Positions 59,013 to 64,000 of a stretch of DNA of 64,000 bases are shown one piece after another (the stretch's first letter is position 1; the number at the start of each line of letters is the position of its first letter). The stretch lies in contig JAAZZH010000001.1 of NCBI GenBank assembly GCA_014239265.1, positions 107,419 to 171,418 of the forward strand, in the 5' to 3' direction. Origin of the DNA: Actinomycetota bacterium (lineage in GTDB: Bacteria; Actinomycetota; Acidimicrobiia; Actinomarinales; Actinomarinaceae). The position numbers and the translations under genes were made by a program. The notes below the pieces were generated by a model, which saw only the letters and a list, made by a program, of their open reading frames with translations, had not been told where the DNA came from and made no database searches.

Positions 59013-59960
59013 TTAACTTAAAAAATATATAGCTAGTTGGTTATATAAAGGTATTCCAAAAATAACATTGAATGGAAAAGTTACGCCCAGGCTCAATCCA
59101 AGATAAATTGCAGGATTAGCATTTGGGATTGCATCTTTAACAACTGCAGGCACAGCAATATAACTTGCACTAGCTGTTAAGACCATAAGTAAAGTTGTAT
59201 TACCAACTGTTAATCCAAAGTAAGAAGAGACAGCGAGAGCTAGAAGAGAACCAGTTATTGGTGTCAGTAATGCAAAAGCTATCAGTTTACTTCCTTTGCC
59301 AGATAGTTCAGACATTCTTTTTGATACTCGTAACCCCATAACGAAAAGGAAAATTATCAGAATCCAATCAAATATATCTTTAGTTATAAAGCTGAGCAGT
59401 ACCTCGTTTTCGAATTTTACTAAGTAACCGAAAACTAACGATGTAAGAAGAATTACATTTGGAATTTCAAAAAAAGCATTTTTAAGTGTCTCGATTTTTC
59501 CACTAGTTTCAGCGTCACTGTTATGTGTGACTAAATATAAAGCCATAAAAATAGCTGGAAACTCCATTACTACTAATACTGCGGACATGTAGTTATCATA
59601 AACTTGATTACTAGCGAGCAAATAAGTGTTTGCAGTAACGAAAGTAACAGCACTTACTGAACCGTAAGTTCCTGCAAGTGCAGCAGCATCATCTGTGTTT
59701 AGTATATTTTTTAAAAATAAATAAGAAAGTATCGGTATTAATAGCGCAAAGAAAACACCTAACGATAAAACATTAGTTACTTCACTAATGAATCCAGTTT
59801 CTTTAAGACTTGTTCCACCTTTTAGGCCCAACCCCAATAAAAGATAGTATCCAAGATATTTTGAAATAATAGGAGATGGAGACTTGTCTTTAAAGATACT
59901 TCCAATAATTATTCCAGAAATGAATATCATCAAAGCGGGGTTTAACAAAGCATTCATCAT
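59013..59960 (-). CDS. Polytopic membrane permease, possibly SbtA/DUF897-like sodium-dependent transporter family
   Basis: It has 8-10 TM segments and LGLGLKGG loop motifs. The family assignment is tentative. Confidence 0.35.
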   Translation of the reverse strand: MMNALLNPALMIFISGIIIGSIFKDKSPSPIISKYLGYYLLLGLGLKGGTSLKETGFISEVTNVLSLGVFFALLIPILSYLFLKNILNTDDAAALAGTYGSVSAVTFVTANTYLLASNQVYDNYMSAVLVVMEFPAIFMALYLVTHNSDAETSGKIETLKNAFFEIPNVILLTSLVFGYLVKFENEVLLSFITKDIFDWILIIFLFVMGLRVSKRMSELSGKGSKLIAFALLTPITGSLLALAVSSYFGLTVGNTTLLMVLTASASYIAVPAVVKDAIPNANPAIYLGLSLGVTFPFNVIFGIPLYNQLAIYFLS

Positions 59961-60014
59961 TAATAAGAAATGATAGTGTTCAATTCCCTTTTTTATTGAA
60001 TATTTTAAAATATG

Positions 60015-60776
60015 TTAGGTAGTTTTACCTATTATATCTTTAACTCTATCGGTATCAACAGGGTTGTTGAGAACCCCATCTACTTTAAAATCAGTCCCAA
60101 TAATTCCAATATCGGCTATTTTAGAAAAATCTTGTATATTTTCACCATTTAATCCTGAACCTATTGCTAGTTTGCCTTTTGGTACAATATTCCTAATCCT
60201 ATTTAGATCTTCAATATTTGTAACTTCACCTGTTCCGTCACCACTAACTATAATTACGTCAGCCCCTGCTCTTTCTAGTAATTCCTTTGTGTGGTTTTCT
60301 ATTTTCGCCCCTTGAGGTGGGGTAGCATGCTTAACAAAGACATCCGCAAAAACTTGTATATCTTTCGAAAGAGTATTTCTGAACTGTGAAACGTCATATG
60401 ATTTACCTTCAATTATTCCTTGATCTGTATACATAATGTTATTTAGTACGTTTATGCGTACAAAATTAGCATTAATAGCCTCAGCAATTGCTAAAGCACT
60501 TATTCCATCATTTCTTAAAACATTTATACCGATATCAAGATTTTTATTTAGCTCTAAATTTGAAGCTACAGTCGTGAAGCTTACCAAGGATCTTTTTGAT
60601 AAATTATCTTTAACAAATGGAGCATCGCCAAAATTTTCAATAATAATGCCATCTACACCACCTTCGGTAAGTCCATTTATGTCATTTTGAGCAAGTGTAG
60701 TAATTTCAGGAATGGATAATACGTTAGAAGTTGATCCAGGAAGACCTTTTAAGTGTATAACACCATAAATTTTCAT
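60015..60776 (-). CDS. BtpA/SgcQ-family TIM-barrel protein
   Basis: The N-terminus KIYGVIHLKGLPGSTS and the overall pattern resemble BtpA. Confidence 0.55.
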   Translation of the reverse strand: MKIYGVIHLKGLPGSTSNVLSIPEITTLAQNDINGLTEGGVDGIIIENFGDAPFVKDNLSKRSLVSFTTVASNLELNKNLDIGINVLRNDGISALAIAEAINANFVRINVLNNIMYTDQGIIEGKSYDVSQFRNTLSKDIQVFADVFVKHATPPQGAKIENHTKELLERAGADVIIVSGDGTGEVTNIEDLNRIRNIVPKGKLAIGSGLNGENIQDFSKIADIGIIGTDFKVDGVLNNPVDTDRVKDIIGKTT

Positions 60777-60778
60777 TA

Positions 60779-61516
60779 TTAAATTTTAACGTGATTAGTT
60801 TTTAATAATTCTTTTGCAAATTCACCCTCAGCAGTCAAAGTCGGTTTGAATCCTTTTCCAGTTCTACCCGTCACCACTCGACACCAATCGCCAGCGTTAC
60901 CATTAATTGTATTTTCCGATTTTTCATCACCAAACTGCCAAGCTCTATACTCTGGTCCGATTAACTCTATCCTGACATTTTCATATTTCAGTTTATTGAG
61001 TTTGGATATTTTTTCAATATTAAGGAACCCATAAAGCGCAACATGTTCAATCCTGACTGAATCTTCATAATCTTTTTTCATGCATTCGTATATATCTAAA
61101 CCATGTGACCAAGTTTCCGAAAGTTTTGTTGCTGCAAATGTTAGGTAGTCAATCTCATTATTCCACCATTTAATCTTCCTTCCAGGAGTAGCATCTGCAA
61201 GTATTTCAACAACCTTAGCCCTCGATAGCCTCCACCACTCAATGACGTCTTGGGGCCGCATATCCTTACCTTTGGCAATAGATTTTTTTTCGAATTTACC
61301 TAATCCGGTTGGACCTCTAAATTTATTAAAATCAGTACCCTTTTTTTTAAGTGCATTAAAAGCCAGATCTTCTAAGCCTGCTAGATAGCTCACGTGTTCG
61401 GTAATTGTCCAATTTTTAAAGGTTGTTTTAGTATTCCAGTTCCTTACAGGAATACTTTGTAAGTATTGGTCTAGCAATTGTTGTTCAGCAACGAGGCTAC
61501 TTAGGATTTCTTTCAC
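60779..61516 (-). CDS. DinB_2 / mycothiol-maleylpyruvate-isomerase N-terminal-domain protein
   Basis: The N-terminal pattern is L..E...L..YL......W...T...NWTI.EHV.YLA. Confidence 0.45.
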   Translation of the reverse strand: MKEILSSLVAEQQLLDQYLQSIPVRNWNTKTTFKNWTITEHVSYLAGLEDLAFNALKKKGTDFNKFRGPTGLGKFEKKSIAKGKDMRPQDVIEWWRLSRAKVVEILADATPGRKIKWWNNEIDYLTFAATKLSETWSHGLDIYECMKKDYEDSVRIEHVALYGFLNIEKISKLNKLKYENVRIELIGPEYRAWQFGDEKSENTINGNAGDWCRVVTGRTGKGFKPTLTAEGEFAKELLKTNHVKI

Positions 61517-61607
61517 ATACTAATTCTAATTGTGATTCCAAAAAAGCCAAAGGCGTTGCTAAATAAAAGTTCTTTATTTATAACTTAATCTGACGTAGAA
61601 TCTAGAC

Positions 61608-61805
61608 ATGAAAAAGATTATAAAATTAGCAACGTTTGTAATTGTAGTTAAAGCGCTCCTTGACTTGTTCAATGAAAATACAACAGTTAAAAATCAAATT
61701 GATAGGTTAAAAGAAGAAATTACAAAACTAGAGACTGATGATTTAGAAAGTAAAATAAAAGACTTTTTTAAAAAATATGATCCAAAATTCAAAGATGACA
61801 TCTAA
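61608..61805 (+). CDS. Small hypothetical protein with an N-terminal hydrophobic helix
   Basis: This is a 65-aa ORF with no homology recognised. Confidence 0.3.
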   Translation: MKKIIKLATFVIVVKALLDLFNENTTVKNQIDRLKEEITKLETDDLESKIKDFFKKYDPKFKDDI

Positions 61806-61892
61806 GTCATAAGGATTCTAATATCTGGCGTATATTTGGTAAAAGTTTTTATTATTGGCCTAAATGGTTAGTAAAGAGCATAACTTTTCTAC

Positions 61893-62272
61893 ATGTTAAA
61901 AGCATTAAATTCAATCATTCAAAGATAGGTAGTTTTGTTATAGGTAGTAACATTCTTCTTCTTGAAACTAGGGGAGTTGTTACCGGTAAGATTCGCAAAA
62001 CTCCACTGACCTATGCTAGAACAAATAAAGGATACGTAGTAGCAGCATCTTATGGAGGTAGAGATGAGATCCCACAATGGTTTCATAACCTTCAAGACAA
62101 TGAAAACTACATTACTGTCGATAATATACGAATAAAAGTTGTGCACAACATTATTCCTGTAGCCAACCAGGAATCTTATTGGTTTGAGCTAGTTAAGGTT
62201 TATAAAACTTTCGAACAATATAAAGTAAGGACAGAAAGAGATATTCCAATTGTCGAGTTTATTAAAGCTTAG
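61893..62272 (+). pseudogene. Ddn-family deazaflavin-dependent nitroreductase paralog, frameshifted at its 5' end (no in-frame start; ATG 61893 is one base out of frame)
   Basis: Frame-2 translation from 61922 gives KIGSFVIGSNILLLETRGVVTGKIRKTPLTYARTNKGYVVAASYGGRDEIPQWFHNL...IPIVEFIKA. This is highly similar to the 2545..2967 protein. Adding one A to the A4 run at 61898-61901 joins ATG 61893 in frame (MLKSIKFNHSKIGSF...). Confidence 0.6.
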
Positions 62273-63248
62273 GTTTTATATTCGGACCACTTCTCACCAC
62301 TGTATTCCATAATGTATTGTAATGATCAATATCTTCAGTGTTTACGTGTGGAATTACCATATTTTTCCAGGTCTCCATCAAAGGGTCCGAAGAATTTTTA
62401 TACAGGTCTAGTCCAACTGGAATTCTTTCTACAATCGTTCTGAGACTCATAGGTGTTTCAATATTCACACTGATATCATCGGAAACAAAAGAGTTGTTAA
62501 TTTCAATTGATAACTTAATAATTAATTGAACAAATTCACTCTGGAGGTTTGGATATCTTTTTTTGAAAATGGCCTCTAACTGTTCTTTGCTTGGGAAAGG
62601 TTTATCCCATATTACCCAACGGTCTGCAAAAGCTTTATTCAATGTCTGTGTTCCTGCATAATCTCTCAAACTAGTTGGGTTCATTGTTCCAAAAATAAAT
62701 GTGTCATTACGTAATTCAATAACTTCACCATTCGGTAATTCAAGTTTTTTGTGTCTGTCTAAGAGAGAGTGGAGGGCAAACAAAACTTCTGGACCTGCAG
62801 CATTTAATTCTGACAGGTTTACAAATGATGGCCCTCTTAACGCCCGTGTCAATTCTCCATCTTGCCACTTACTGTCGGTACCACCAATACCATCACCATA
62901 AAGCTGAACAGAACCTAATAAGGTAACATCTCTTACTTCTCCAGATAAGGGGATCCTGTAATAAGGAAATTTTAATTTTGCAGCTAATTGTTCTATGTCA
63001 TGATCCTTACCAGTTCCCATGTGTCCTTTTAGCGCAATATGAATTGGTATTTCGTTATCAAAAGTTTCCTTCTTGCTTTTAATTATTTTCGCCAGTTTAT
63101 ATTGCGTACCTAGATCTACATAGTTTTCATCTACACTTGGAATTCTTTCTGATCTGGATTTAAAATCTTCAATTTTTTTATCAAGGACACATTCCTCAAT
63201 TGAAACATTGTCTTTTCCATTCGGATCTTTAAAAAGTTGTTTAGCCAT
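62262..63248 (-). CDS. AAA+ ATPase of the CbbQ/NorQ/MoxR (AAA_5) type with altered Walker A (GHMGTGKD) and Walker B (SELNAA) motifs
   Basis: Both motifs were verified by reverse-translating nucleotides 63000-63050 and 62785-62840. A CbbQ_C-like C-terminus is present. Confidence 0.65.
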   Translation of the reverse strand: MAKQLFKDPNGKDNVSIEECVLDKKIEDFKSRSERIPSVDENYVDLGTQYKLAKIIKSKKETFDNEIPIHIALKGHMGTGKDHDIEQLAAKLKFPYYRIPLSGEVRDVTLLGSVQLYGDGIGGTDSKWQDGELTRALRGPSFVNLSELNAAGPEVLFALHSLLDRHKKLELPNGEVIELRNDTFIFGTMNPTSLRDYAGTQTLNKAFADRWVIWDKPFPSKEQLEAIFKKRYPNLQSEFVQLIIKLSIEINNSFVSDDISVNIETPMSLRTIVERIPVGLDLYKNSSDPLMETWKNMVIPHVNTEDIDHYNTLWNTVVRSGPNIKPKL

Positions 63249-64000
63249 TTATGCTGCTCCTGATGATTCTTTAACGTTTCTTATAAGTATATCCTTTGTT
63301 ATGTTTACTATTGAATGGATAAGTTCTTCTGGTCTACTAATTTGTGTTCTATTTTGATATTCTTTCCAGGTACCCCTATCTCCAATACCTATTCCAATAA
63401 CATCTATGCCAAATCTACTTGAGTAATCGATAGAACTTTTTAAATCTGAAAGAGACCCTCTTGTCATGCCATCGGACAATACTGCTAATAATTTAGTATT
63501 TGATCCATGTTCTAACAGTCTTTTTGTTGAGAACATGATATTCCTTTCATCAACATTTGTACCACGCTCAAACATACTTGCAGGTGGATGTTCATCTGTA
63601 GACGTTAATGCATCAAGAGAAGACCTTAAATTCCTTGAAAACTCAATCAACCCAATAAATTTTTCATACTGGTTTTTCCACGAGTCCTCATATCTTTTAA
63701 CGAAGTAATGATTTGTCGTGTTGAAATAAAATTCAGCATTTGATCCATAATTAGTATTCAACATTGAAGAAACTGCCATCTTTCTTTTTAAGTACATTTC
63801 TTCATTTTCATTTTCATTCGCCAAGAATGCTCTGTTAAATATTGCAACTTCAAAATCAACATTAAGTTCATGACAAATTTGCGATAGGTAGTTGGCACCA
63901 ATCAGAGCTGCAGATAGAGACCAAGGGTATACTTCTCCTTTCTTTTTCTCCAACATAGAACCACTTCCATCGATTAATAAAGATACTGCGTAGGACTTAT
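63249..64000 (-). CDS. von Willebrand factor A (VWA) domain protein, 5' end beyond the window
   Basis: The frame is open to the window edge. The MIDAS motif LLIDGSGSM lies just upstream of the first ATG. The C-terminus has a VWA-like DVIGIGIG. Confidence 0.65.
   Translation of the reverse strand, partial: KSYAVSLLIDGSGSMLEKKKGEVYPWSLSAALIGANYLSQICHELNVDFEVAIFNRAFLANENENEEMYLKRKMAVSSMLNTNYGSNAEFYFNTTNHYFVKRYEDSWKNQYEKFIGLIEFSRNLRSSLDALTSTDEHPPASMFERGTNVDERNIMFSTKRLLEHGSNTKLLAVLSDGMTRGSLSDLKSSIDYSSRFGIDVIGIGIGDRGTWKEYQNRTQISRPEELIHSIVNITKDILIRNVKESSGAA

Noticed and set aside
61517-61607. AATCTGACGTAGAATCT, a near-repeat element in the intergenic region upstream of the small ORF.
   Set aside because: On checking it is not a true inverted repeat, because the reverse complement differs. 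No supportable structure or motif was found.
61919-62146. 75-aa minus-strand ORF from the track.
   Set aside because: The opposite (plus) strand in this interval encodes a clear Ddn-family deazaflavin-dependent reductase core. The minus ORF is its antisense shadow.
1-64000. Search for CRISPR arrays, transposases/IS elements, phage integrases, long direct repeats and rRNA operons.
   Set aside because: No regularly spaced repeats and no transposase- or integrase-like ORFs were found. The only recombinase is chromosomal xerC in its conserved pre-rpsB position.

Overview
The window is AT-rich (about 30-35% GC by eye), densely coded, and contains no rRNA, tRNA, CRISPR or transposase signal. Most of it is housekeeping genes in an order that matches Actinobacteria (Mycobacterium-like). 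The conserved blocks are recG-rsmD-coaD-yceD-rpmF-plsX-rnc...smc, rpsP-KH-rimM...trmD-rplS-lepB-rnhB, and xerC-rpsB-tsf-pyrH-frr-cdsA-rseP-ispG-proS-rimP-nusA-infB-rbfA-nrnA-truB-ribF-rpsO-pnp. The source is therefore most likely a streamlined low-GC actinobacterium. Several accessory segments interrupt this backbone. (1) A deazaflavin (FO/F420) theme runs through the window. Split cofG and cofH FO-synthase genes sit inside a 6-kb insertion between rimM and trmD, and cofH carries a roughly 250-aa N-terminal extension of unknown function. There are two Ddn-family deazaflavin-dependent nitroreductase paralogs: one is translationally coupled to a photolyase and the other lacks a start codon unless one A is added to an A4 run. 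An LLM-class oxidoreductase is also present. (2) A photolyase/cryptochrome gene has an apparently circularly permuted domain order. (3) A canonical GAPDH lies in tandem with a paralog that has lost both active-site cysteines, in an operon with RidA and a C26 amidotransferase. (4) A tightly coupled operon encodes MTHFS, a luciferase-like oxidoreductase, a B12-binding radical SAM enzyme with a C-terminal CCSEP tail, and a flavin reductase; a peroxiredoxin-like protein and a methyltransferase follow. (5) An 886-aa SMC shows no recognisable hinge. (6) umuD and umuC are divergent with an 18-bp inverted repeat between them, and UmuD has a basic AT-hook-like N-terminal extension. (7) An AAA+ (CbbQ/MoxR-like) ATPase with altered Walker A and B motifs is paired with a VWA protein. 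All calls rest on reading the translations; no database searches were possible.
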